Positions 52,300 through 64,000 of a stretch of DNA of 64,000 nucleotides are shown here, piece by piece. Source of the stretch: Eledone cirrhosa. Lineage: Eukaryota. Where the stretch lies: the NCBI GenBank assembly GCA_964016885.1, contig OZ024748.1:47926001-47990000 (forward strand), in the 5' to 3' direction. A program made the translations under genes and the position numbers. Position 1 is the stretch's first letter, and each line of letters starts with the position of its first letter. The notes below the pieces were generated by a model, which was given only the letters and a program-made list of their open reading frames with translations, was not told the origin of the DNA and did not search any database.

Positions 52300-54376
52300 T
52301 TCTTCTTATTGTTGTTGGAGTGGCTTTTGTTATTGTTGTTGTTGTGGTGGTGGTTGTTTTTGTTACTGTTGTAGTTGTTGTGGTGGTTGTTTTAGTTACT
52401 GTTGTTGTTGTAGTTGTTTTGGTGGTTGTTTTTGTTACTGTTGTTGTAGTTGTTGTAGTGGCTTTTGTTTTTGTTACTGATGTGGTTGTGGCTGTTGTGG
52501 TGGTTGTTTTTGTTACTGTTGTTGTAGTTGTTGTAGTGGTTGTTTTTGTTACTGTTGTTGTAGTTGTTGTGGTGGTTGTTTTTGTTACTGTTGTTGTAGT
52601 TGTTGTGGTGGTTGTTTTTGTTACTGTTGTTGTTGTAGTTGTGGTGGTTGTCGATTTTATTGTTGTTGTTGTTGTTGTTTCTGTTGATGTGTGTGTATGT
52701 ATGTGTGTGTGTATGTTGTTGATGTGTGTGTGTGTGTGTTGAATCTGTCAGTTCCAACGATGAGTGATCTAGTTGTTTAACCAACAGAACAACCTGCTTG
52801 GAAAATTAACATGCAAGTGGCTGAGCATTTCACAGACATGTGTAACATCAATGTACTTCTCAGGGAGATTCAGTGGGAAACATAGTCTGATAAAACTAGC
52901 TCTTTGAATCCAAGTTACAAACAGATTGGACTGAAGCAATGTGGAATCAAGTGTCTTGCTCAAGGACACAATACACTGCCCTGAGTGGAAAAGAAGTTCA
53001 CAGCTTTTACAATCTATGAGACCAAAACCCTCACTACAGAGTCATGTGGTTTCATTGTTGGTGTTGTTGTTATTGTTGAAGTAATTATTATTGAAGTTGT
53101 TCTTGCCGTTGTTGTTGATACTGTTTTTGTTGTAATTGTTATTGCTGTTGTCGTTTTGTTGTTGTAGTTGTTGCTGTTGTGGCTGTTATTGTTACTGCTG
53201 TTGTTGTTACTGTTGTGGTTGATTTTGTTACTGTTGCTGTTGTTTTGTTGTAGTTGTTGCTGTTGTGGTTCTTACTGTTGCTGTTGTTATGGTTATTATT
53301 ATTGTTGTTGTTAATCTTACTGCTGTTGTTGTTATTATTGTTGTAAATTTTACTGCTGTTCGGATTGGCAGTATCGGTAGAGGGTCGGACGCCATGCTTT
53401 GAAGCAGAAAGTTACCTCCCTTTATGATCTGAGTTCAAATCCCGCCGAGGTTAACTTTGCCTTTCATCCTTACAGGGTCGATAAAATAAAGTACCAGTAA
53501 TGCACTGGTTATTTGCTGGCCTTGTGCCAAGAGTAGAAACAATTATTGTTGTTGTTGTTGTTGTTAATTTTACTGCTGTTGTTGTGGTGGCTGTTATTGT
53601 TGTTGTTGTGGTGGCTGTTATTGTTGTTGTGGTGGTGTCTGTTATTGTTGTTGTTGTGGTGGCTGTTATTGTTGTTGTGGTGGCTGTTATTGTTGTTGTT
53701 GTGTTGGCTGTTGTTGTGGTGGTGGCTGTTGTTGTGTTGGCTGTTATTGTTGTTGTTGTGTTGGCTGTTGTTGTTGTGTTGGCTGTTATTGTTGTGGTGG
53801 TGGCTGTTATTGTTGTTGTTGTGGTGGCTGTTAGTGTTGTTGTGTTGGCTGTTGTTGTTGTTGTGGTGGCTGTTATTGTTGTTGTTGTGGTGGCTGTTAG
53901 TGTTGTTGTTGTTGTGGTGGCTGTTATTGTTGTTGTGTTGGCTGTTATTGTTGTGGTGGTGGCTGTTAGTGTTGTTGTTGTTGTGGTGGCTGTTAGTGTT
54001 GTTGTGTTGGCTGTTGTTGTGGTGGTGGTGGCTGTTATTGTTGTTGTTGTGGTGGCTGTTAGTGTTGTTGTTGTTGTGGTGGCTGTTAGTGTTGTTGTGT
54101 TGGCTGTTGTTGTTGTGGTGGTGGCTGTTATTGTTGTTGTTGTGGTGGCTGTTAGTGTTGTTGTTGTTGTGGTGGCTGTTATTGTTGTTGTGTTGGCTGT
54201 TATTGTTGTGGTGGTGGCTGTTAGTGTTATTGTTGTGGTGGTGGCTGTTAGTGTTGTTGTGTTGGCTGTTATTGTTGTGGTGGTGGCTGTTATTGTTATT
54301 GTTGTGGTGGCTGTTAGTGTTGTTGTTGTTGTGGTGTCTGTTATTGTTGTTGTGGTGGCTGTTATTGTTGTTGTGG
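52300..54376. repeat. (GTT/GTG)n low-complexity blocks
   Basis: Direct inspection; interrupted by dispersed repeats at ~52740-53050 and 53362-53544. Confidence 0.85.
53362..53544 (+). mobile_element. SINE family A within GTT low-complexity DNA
   Basis: Family A sequence. Confidence 0.82.
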
Positions 54377-54469
54377 TCCATTCCATTGAATTAACTGATT
54401 CAATAATGATTTATGTTGTCGAAGATTTTATCTAGGGATTGGTGATTCTGTTGTTATAGCTATTGATGT

Positions 54470-57400
54470 TGTTGTTACTGTTGTTATATTAGCTATTATT
54501 ACTGTTTTAGAAGTTGTTGTTGTTACTGTTGTTGTATTAGTTATTATTACTGTTTTAGAAGTTGTTGTTGTTACTGTTGTTGTATTAGTTATTATTACTG
54601 TTTTAGAAGTTGTTGTTGTTACTGTTGTTGTATTAGTTATTATTGTTGTTTTAGAAGTTGTTGTTGTTACTGTTGTTGTATTAGTTATTATTACTGTTTT
54701 AGAAGTTGTTGTTGTTACTGTTGTTGTATTAGTTATTATTACTGTTTTAGAAGTTGTTGTTGTTACTGTTGTTGTATTAGTTATTATTGTTGTTTAGAAG
54801 TTGTTGTTGTTACTGTTGTTGTATTAGCTATTATTACTGTTTTAGAAGTTGTTGTTGTTACTGTTGTTGTATTAGTTATTATTACTGTTTTAGAAGTTGT
54901 TGTTGTTACTGTTGTTGTATTAGTTATTATTACTGTTTTAGAAGTTGTTGTTGTTACTGTTGTTGTATTAGTTATTATTGTTGTTTAGAAGTTGTTGTTG
55001 TTACTGTTGTTGTATTAGATATTATTACTGTTTTAGAAGTTGTTGTTGTTACTGTTGTTGTATTAGTTATTATTACTGTTTTAGAAGTTGTAGTTGTTAC
55101 TGTTGTTGTATTAGTTATTATTACTGTTTTAGAAGTTGTTGTTGTTACTGTTGTTGTATTAGTTATTATTACTGTTTTAGAAGTTGTAGTTGTTACTGTT
55201 GTTGTATTAGTTATTATTACTGTTTTAGAAGTTGTTGTTGTTACTGTTGTTGTATTAGTTATTATTGTTGTTTTAGAAGTTGTTGTTGTTACTGTTGTTG
55301 TATTAGTTATTATTACTGTTTTAGAAGTTGTTGTTGTTACTGTTGTTGTATTAGTTATTATTACTGTTTTAGATGTTGTTGTTGTTACTGTTGTTGTATT
55401 AGTTATTATTACTGTTTTAGAAGTTGTTGTTGTTACTGTTGTTGTATTAGTTATTATTGTTGTTTAGAAGTTGTTGTTGTTACTGTTGTTGTATTAGTTA
55501 TTATTACTGTTTTAGAAGTTGTTGTTGTTACTGTTGTTGTATTAGTTATTATTACTGTTTTAGAAGTTGTTGTTGTTACTGTTGTTGTATTAGTTATTAT
55601 TACTGTCTTAGAAGTTGTTGTTGTTACTGTTGTTGTATTAGTTATTATTGTTGTTTAGAAGTTGTTGTTGTTACTGTTGTTGTATTAGTTATTATTACTG
55701 TTTTAGATGTTGTTGTTGTTACTGTTGTTGTATTAGTTATTATTGTTGTTGTTACTGTTGTTGTATTAGTTATTATTACTGTTTTAGAAGTCGTTGTTGT
55801 TACTGTTGTTGTATTAGTTATTATTACTGTTTTAGAAGATGTTGTTGTTACTGTTGTTGTATTAGCTATTATTGTTGTTTAGAAGTTGTTGTTGTTACTG
55901 TTGTTGTATTAGTTATTATTACTGTTTTAGAAGTTGTTGTTGTTACTGTTGTTGTATTAGTTATTATTGTTGTTTTAGAAGTTGTTGTTGTTACTGTTGT
56001 TGTATTAGTTATTATTACTGTTTTAGAAGTTGTTGTTGTTACTGTTGTTGTATTAGTTATTATTACTGTTTTAGAAGTTGTTGTTGTATTAGTTATTATT
56101 GTTGTTGTTACTGTTGTTGTATTAGTTATTATTGTTGTTGTTACTGTTGTTGTATTAGTTATTATTGTTGTTTAGAAGTTGTTGTTGTTACTGTTGTTGT
56201 ATTAGTTATTATTACTGTTTTAGATGTTGTTGTTGTTACTGTTGTTGTATTAGTTATTATTGTTGTTGTTACTGTTGTTGTATTAGTTATTATTACTGTT
56301 TTAGAAGTTGTTGTTGTTACTGTTGTTGTATTAGTTATTATTACTGTTTTAGAAGTTGTTGTTGTTACTGTTGTTGTATTAGTTATTATTACTGTTTTAG
56401 AAGTTGTAGTTGTTACTGTTGTTGTATTAGTTATTATTACTGTTTTAGAAGTTGTAGTTGTTACTGTTGTTGTATTAGTTATTATTGTTGTTTAGAAGTT
56501 GTTGTTGTTACTGTTGTTGTATTAGTTATTATTACTGTTTTAGAAGTTGTTGTTGTTACTGTTGTTGTATTAGTTATTATTGTTGTTGTTACTGTTATTG
56601 TATTAGTTATTATTACTGTTTTAGATGTTGTTGTTGTTACTGTTGTTGTATTAGTTATTATTACTGTTTTAGATGTTGTTGTTGTTACTGTTGTTGTATT
56701 AGTTATTATTGTTGTTTAGAAGTTGTTGTTACTGTTGTTGTATTAGTTATTATTGTTGTTTAGAAGTTGTTGTTGTTACTGTTGTTGTATTAGTTATTAT
56801 TACTGTTTTAGAAGTTGTTGTTACTGTTGTTGTATTAGTTATTATTGTTGTTTAGAAGTTGTTGTTGTTACTGTTGTTGTATTAGTTATTATTGTTGTTT
56901 AGAAGTTGTTGTTGTTACTGTTGTTGTATTAGTTATTATTGTTGTTGTTACTGTTGTTGTATTAGTTATTATTACTGTTTAGAAGTTGTTGTTGTTACTG
57001 TTGTTGTATTAGTTATTATTGTTGTTTAGAAGTTGTTGTTGTTACTGTTGTTGTATTAGTTATTATTGTTGTTTAGAAGTTGTTGTTGTTACTGTTGTTG
57101 TATTAGTTATTATTGTTGTTTAGAAGTTGTTGTTGTTACTGTTGTTGTATTAGTTATTATTACTGTTTTAGATGTTGTTGTTGTTACTGTTGTTGTATTA
57201 GTTATTACTGTTTTAGAAGTTGTAGTTGTTACTGTTGTTGTATTAGTTATTACTGTTTTAGAAGTTGTAGTTGTTACTGTTGTTGTATTAGTTATTATTA
57301 CTGTTTTAGAAGTTGTTGTTGTTACTGTTGTTGTATTAGTTATTACTGTTTTAGAAGTTGTAGTTGTTACTGTTGTTGTATTAGTTATTACTGTTTTAGA

Positions 57401-58230
57401 AGTTGTTGTTGTTACTGTTGTTGTATTAGTTATTACTGTTTTAGAAGTTGTAGTTGTTACTGTTGTTGTATTAGTTATTATTACTGTTTTAGAAGTTGTT
57501 GTTGTTACTGTTGTTGTATTAGTTATTATTACTGTTTTAGAAGTTGTTGTTGTTACTGTTGTTGTATTAGTTATTATTACTGTCTTAGAAGTTGTTGTTG
57601 TTACTGTTGTTGTATTAGTTATTATTGTTGTTTAGAAGTTGTTGTTGTTACTGTTGTTGTATTAGTTATTATTGTTGTTTAGAAGTTGTTGTTGTTACTG
57701 TTGTTGTATTAGTTATTATTACTGTTTTAGATGTTGTTGTTGTTACTGTTGTTGTATTAGTTATTATTACTGTTTTAGATGTTGTTGTTGTTACTGTTGT
57801 TGTATTAGTTATTATTACTGTTTTAGAAGTTGTTGTTGTTACTGTTGTTGTATTAGTTATTATTGTTGTTTAGAAGTTGTTGTTGTTACTGTTGTTGTAT
57901 TAGTTATTATTACTGTTTTAGATGTTGTTGTTGTTACTGTTGTTGTATTAGTTATTATTGTTGTTTAGAAGTTGTTGTTGTTACTGTTGTTGTATTAGTT
58001 ATTATTGTTGTTTAGAAGTTGTTGTTGTTACTGTTGTTGTATTAGTTATTATTGTTGTTGTTACTGTTGTTGTATTAGTTATTATTACTGTTTTAGCAGT
58101 TGTTGTTGTTACTGTTGCTGTATTAGTTATTATTGTTGTTGTTACTGTTGTTGTATTAGTTATTATTGTTGTTGTTACTGTTGTTATATTAGCTATTATT
58201 GTTGTTGCCGTTGTTGTTGTTGTTGTTTAG
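54470..58230. repeat. ~48 bp GTT-derived minisatellite, ~3.7 kb
   Basis: Unit ttttagaagttgttgttgttactgttgttgtattagttattattactg with 47, 45 and 30 bp variants. Confidence 0.92.
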
Positions 58231-58375
58231 CTATTATTGTTGTCATAGCTCTTATTGATTTAGTTGTTGTTGTTATTTTAGTTATTGTTTGATATTAGCT
58301 ATTGTTGTTGTTGTTGTTTTAGGTAATGTCTAATTGTCACCACTGTCACCACCTCCACCCTTACCCCCCACCTGG

Positions 58376-58603
58376 GGGTGGAGGATGGACACAATCTTTA
58401 GAACATTGGACAAGATCCTTTGCAGTGTTTAGTTTCAACCATTTATGTTCTGAGTTCAAATCCCGCTGAGGTTAATCTTACCTTTCCACCGTCCAGAGTT
58501 GCTAGAATAAAGTACCAGTTATATACTGTGGTGGTATAATCAATTTTCTCCACCCCAACCCGAAAAAAGGGGAAATTGCTGGCCTTGGGCATAATGTAGA
58601 AAT
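58376..58603 (+). mobile_element. Diverged SINE family A followed by (GGT/TAG)n to ~59110
   Basis: B box and 3' end recognisable. Confidence 0.7.
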
Positions 58604-58638
58604 AGTAGTAGTGGTAGTAGTGGTGGTGGTGGTGGTGG

Positions 58639-58669
<31 letters not shown>

Positions 58670-59652
58670 GGTAGTAGTAGTGGTGGTGGTGGTGGTGGTG
58701 GCGGTAGTAGTAGTGATGGTGGTGGTGGTGGTAGTGGTGGTGGTGGTGGTGGTAGTAGTAGTGCTGCTGCTGGTGGTGCTGGTGGTAGTGGTGGTGGTGG
58801 TGGTGGTGGTGGTGGTATTAATAGTAGTAGTAGTGGTGGTTGTGGTAATAGTAATAGTAGTGGTGGTGGTGGTAACAGTAGTGGTAGTGGTGGTGGTGGT
58901 AATAGTAGTGGTGGTGGTGGTAATAGTAGTAGTAGTGGTGGTGGTGGTAATAGTAGTAGTAGTGGTGGTGGTAACAGTAGTAGTAGTGGTGGTGGTGGTA
59001 ATAGTAGTAGTAGTAGTGGTGGTGGTAGTAGCAGTGGTGGTAATAGTAGTAGTAGTGGTGGTGGTAATAGTAGTAGTAGTAGTAGTGGTGGTGGTAATAG
59101 TAGTAGTAGTTGTTGTTTTACAGTTTAATATTTTTGTAATAAAATAATTATTTTTTTCAATTTTGTAATTTTTCTCATTTCTAACTTCACAGATTAACAT
59201 CATATATGTGTGTGTGTGTGTGTGTTTCTGTGTGAGTGTATGTGTGTGTGCGTGTGCGTGTGCGTGCATGTGTATGTGTGAGTATGTGTGTATTTAGGTG
59301 TGTCAGTGCTTGTATTAGTGCGTCTGTGTGTGTGTGTTCGTACATGTGTTTTCTGTCTGTATGTATATATATATATATATACACACACAGATATATATGT
59401 GTGTGTGTATATTTTCATGCAGCTTTATATATATATATATATGCATGTGTGTGTTTGTATGAGTGTCTGTGTGTACAGTGTGTTTGTATAAGTGTGTCTG
59501 TGTGTGTGTTTTTTAAAAAAAATAAACATTTATTAGAATTTTGAATTTTATAAATTATAACGTTTAATAGATTTCTTAAGTAATGTTTCAGTATGTATGT
59601 GTGTATATATGCATATATATATATATATGTGTGTGTGTATATATGCATATAC

Positions 59653-59686
<34 letters not shown>

Positions 59687-59732
59687 ATATATGCATATAC
59701 ATATATATATATATATGTGTGTGTATATATGC

Positions 59733-59798
<66 letters not shown>

Positions 59799-61039
59799 AT
59801 ATATGCATATACATATATATATATATATGTGTGTGTATATATGCATATACATATATATATATGTGTGTGTGTGTATATATGCATATACATATATATATAT
59901 ATGTGTGTGTGTATATATGCATATACATATATATATATATATATGTGTGTGTGTATATATGCATATACATATTGTGTGTGTGTGTGTGTATATAAATGTA
60001 TGTGTTTATGTATGTAAATGTATGTGTGTATATATTTATATATGTTTGTATAACTGTGTTGTGTATTGGTGTGTATATGTATGGATGTGTGTGTGTGTGT
60101 ATGTGTGTGTGGAGGTGTTTGTTGTGTATTGGTGTGTGTGTAGGCTGTGTTGAGGTGTGTGTGGGTGTTATGTGTGTGTGTGTGTGGCAGTGTGTGTGTG
60201 TGTGGCATTGTATGTATGTATGTATGTGTGGCAGTATGTATGTATGTGTGGCAGTGTGTATGTATATGTGGCAGTGTGTGTATGTGTGTTATTGTATGTA
60301 TGTGTGGAAACGAGTGTGTTTTGAGGTCTCTCAGTGCGTGTTTTGGGGAATTGTAATTAAGTGTATGTATATATATGTGTGGTATGTAGCTACCTGTATG
60401 TATATATGTGTGTATCTGTATGTGTATTTGGGTATGTATGTATATATGTGTGTATCAGTATGTGTATTTGGGTATGTATGTGTATGTGTGCGCGAGTGTG
60501 TTTATTTCTGCTTGTGTGTGTATTTGTGTATGTATGTGTATGTGTGTGTGAGTGTATTTATTTGTGCTTGTGTGTGTTTGTATATGTATCTGTGGGTGTA
60601 TTTGTGTATGTATGTGTATGTGTGAGTGAGTGTGTTTATTTGTGCTTGTGTGTGTTTGTGTATGTATATGAGTGTGTGTATATATGTGTGTGTATATGTG
60701 CATGTGTGTGAGTGTGCTTATTTGTGTGTGTGTGTGCGTGTTTGTATGTGTATTTTTATATGTGTGTGTGTGTGTGTGAGTCTGTGCATGCATATGTGTG
60801 TGGGTTTTCTTTATTAATTCAACGAAAAAAAAAAAACCCACCTCCAAATATCGAAACAGTTATGAGATCTATCAAATATTAGTAAAACTCTAATAATTGA
60901 GTGGTTCTAATGAGTGAGAGCTTTCCCTGAAAGAGACTTGATTGAGTGAAGTGACTGTACTCCACCATTTCTGAGTGGAGTATAGCTAGAGAGCAGTAAT
61001 TGAATGAATGTTGTAAGAATTCTATCAAATGGGAAAAAG

Positions 61040-62160
61040 ATTATCAGATCTTAATGTGAAAATTTACAGTATTATCTCTTAATATATTGTAATTATTTGG
61101 CAGAAAATATTCAACAACAGATTTGTTAATTCAAATATTTATAGTAGCATTACTAGTGGAAAGATCATTGTGAAAATTTGCAGTATTTTCTCTTATATCT
61201 TGTAGCGGTTTAGCATATTTAAATACGTGAAGGCGCATGGATTAGTGGTTAGAACATTGGGCTTGCAATCGAAAGGTTGTGAGTTCAATTCTCGGACCGT
61301 GTGATGTGTTGTTTCTTTGAGCAAGACACTTTATTTCACATTGCTCCAGTTTACTCAGCTGTAGAAATGAGATGATAGGACTAGGGTTCCTATCATTCCA
61401 CTGCAAAGTGGTCATGGAGGTGCCACGGCAAAAAAGCACCCAGCCCACACTGTAAAGTGGACATGTAGGCGCCACGAAAAAAATGCACCCAGCACTCACT
61501 GTAAATGGGGTTGGTGTTAGGAAGGGCATCCAGCTGTAGAAATCAAGCCAGAATCAGTTCCCATATGAGCAAGACAAGGTCAGCCGACCGGACATGACCC
61601 ACAACAGGACAACCTTAATGCTAGCGTGGAAAAACAGGCGTAAAAACGGTGGTGATGATGATTATGATGATATTTGTTAATTCAAATGTCAAAATTTGCA
61701 GTATTATCTTTTAACATCCTGTAATGATTTAGTAGAGGTTATCTAAAAACAAATTTGTTATTTCAAATATTTATAGTATCTTCATTAGTGGACAGATCAT
61801 TGTGAAAATTTACAGTATTTTCCTTTGTATCTTGTAATAATTTAGCAGAAAATATTCAAAAACAAATTTGTTATTTCAAATATTTATAGTATCTTAATTA
61901 GTGGACAGATCATTGTGAAAATTTACAGTATTTTCCTTTGTATCTTGTAATAATTTAGCAGAAAATATTCAAAAACAAATTTGTTATTTCAAATATTTAT
62001 AGTATCTTCATTACTGGACAGATCATTGTGAAAATTTGCAGTATTTTCTATTCACATTTTGTAATAACTTTGCAGAAAACAGTCAAAAACAGATTTATTA
62101 TTTCAAATGTTTATAATAGTATTATTAGTGGACAGATCATTGTGAACATTTGCTGTATTA
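61040..62160. repeat. 113 bp AT-rich tandem repeat
   Basis: aacaaatttgttatttc at 61748, 61861, 61974, plus diverged units on both sides of the SINE. Confidence 0.82.
61229..61670 (+). mobile_element. SINE family B with alternative tail, inserted in a 113 bp tandem array
   Basis: Same tail type as 49889-50335. Confidence 0.85.
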
Positions 62161-62509
62161 GAGTAAACATTTTAATATTTAATGTGATCAAATCATAGTG
62201 CAGTTTAATACTTTTCAAGAAAGTCTCGCTAATGTGATTAGCTGTAGTACAGGATGTTAAGAGTTAAGGTGAGGTGCTGTTGTTGTGTAGGTTTGCTGAT
62301 AGTGCTGTGTTTGACTGGTGTACAGGATGTTGAGAGTTCAGGTAATATATAAGAGTTACGGTGAAGGAGCTGTTATTGATTGGTTTGGTGATAGAATTGT
62401 GTTTGACTGGGGTACAGGACATTAAGAGTTAAGGTGATATATAAGAGCCCACAACATTACGATCATAAGTCCAACGCCCTTACCACTATGCCACATACCT
62501 TCATACTAC

Positions 62510-63350
62510 TATTGGGTTGATTTGGTGATAGAACTGTGTTTGACTGTGGTACAGGACTTTAAGTGTTAAGGTGAGGGTCTGTTATTGTGTTGGTTTGGTG
62601 ATAGAACTGTGTTTGACTGTGGTACAGGACTTTAAGTGTTAAGGTGAGGGGGCTGTTATTGTGTTGGTTTGGTGATAGAATTGTGTTTGACTGTGGTACA
62701 GGACTTTAAGTGTTAAGGTGAGGGTCTGTTATTGTGTTGGTTTGGTGATAGAACTGTGTTTGACTGTGGTACAGGACTTTAAGTGTTAAGGTGAGGGTCT
62801 GTTATTGTGTTGGTTTGGTGATAGAACTGTGTTTGACTGTGGTACAGGACTTTAAGTGTTAAGGTGAGGGTCTGTTATTGTGTTGGTTTGGTGATAGAAC
62901 TGTGTTTGACTGTGGTATAGGACTTTAAGTGTTAAGGTGAGGGGGCTGTTATTGTGTTGGTTTGGTGATAGAATTGTGTTTGACTGTGGTACAGGACTTT
63001 AAGTGTTAAGGTGAGGGGGCTGTTATTGGTTGGTTTGCTGATAGAACTGTGTTTGACTGTGGTACAGGACTTTAAGTGTTAAGGTGAGGGTCTGTTATTG
63101 TGTTGGTTTGGTGGTAGAACTGTGTTTGACTGTGGTACAGGACTTTAAGAATCAAGGTGAGTGTCTGTTATTGTGTTTATTTGGTGATAGAACTGTGTTT
63201 GAATGTGGTACAGGACTTTAATAATGAAGGTGGGGGGTCTGTTATTGGGTTGGTTTTGCAAGAAAGCTGTGTTTGACTGTAGCAGGACTTTAACAGTTCA
63301 GGTGAGGGGTCTGTTATTAGGTTGGTTTTGCAAGAAAGCTGTGTTTGACT
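62510..63350. repeat. 73 bp tandem repeat, ~11 units
   Basis: tttggtgatagaactgtgtttgactgtggtacaggactttaagtgttaaggtgagg... at 62521, 62594 and onward; diverged units at ~62245-62440. Confidence 0.9.
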
Positions 63351-64000
63351 GGAGAGATGGACATATTTTTAAAACGCAGCCCCAGGTTGAGAACAGATGA
63401 GGAGATTATGGAACAGAGATGTTGAGCTAAGTTGGTTTATTATAGTAAGGGATAAGGGTGGGTGGCTAGGTTAGTTTTGTATCTTATTATATTATTCATT
63501 AGTTTTATTTTCTTATTTATTGTTGTTTTTATTGTTTTTTTGTTCCTGGAAGTCTTCATTATCTGACTGTCTGCTAAATTATATTAATGAATTACACATG
63601 GGTATAGAGAGACACTTACATGGGTGTATATATACACATATATATGGTTATAGATAGACACACATTTACATACATATATACATATGGATATTGTAATCTA
63701 CACACCTTCATACCTCCATACACATAAGTATATACAGACACATATCTGTGTATATAGACACATATACATACATACACATATACACACATGGGTTTATAGA
63801 CACACACATATCTGTATATATAGACACACATATACATACATACATACATACACATATACACACATGGGTTTATAGACACACACATATCTGTATATATAGA
63901 CACACATATACATACATACATACACATAAACACACACATATGGGTATAGATAGACAGATACATGCATACACATAAACACACTTACATGAGTATATAGTTA

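Overview
Eukaryotic, AT-rich, repeat-saturated genomic DNA. The SINE/RTE-LINE repertoire and microsatellite load look like an octopus/coleoid genome (inference; species not determinable). Almost the whole window is intronic sequence of one + strand class I myosin gene. Two exons are visible: 2291-2406 (TYIGNVVVSVNPY...) and 32594-32688 (P-loop GESGAGKT). They are separated by a 30,187 bp intron, and I found no further exon in the remaining ~31 kb. Almost all ORFs in the supplied track are microsatellite or tandem-repeat artefacts. The introns hold two tRNA-derived SINE families, RTE and CRE-type LINE fragments, mariner and piggyBac-type MITEs, and many mini/microsatellites. The most notable signal is a set of about nine minimal type I hammerhead-ribozyme (HHR)-like motifs from several sequence families. 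They lie in short TA-flanked elements, often within long fold-back palindromes, as expected for Penelope-like element (PLE) pseudo-LTRs. Five cluster within ~1.4 kb downstream of the P-loop exon, including a sense-strand copy with an intact core. All folds were derived by eye; ribozyme activity is untested.
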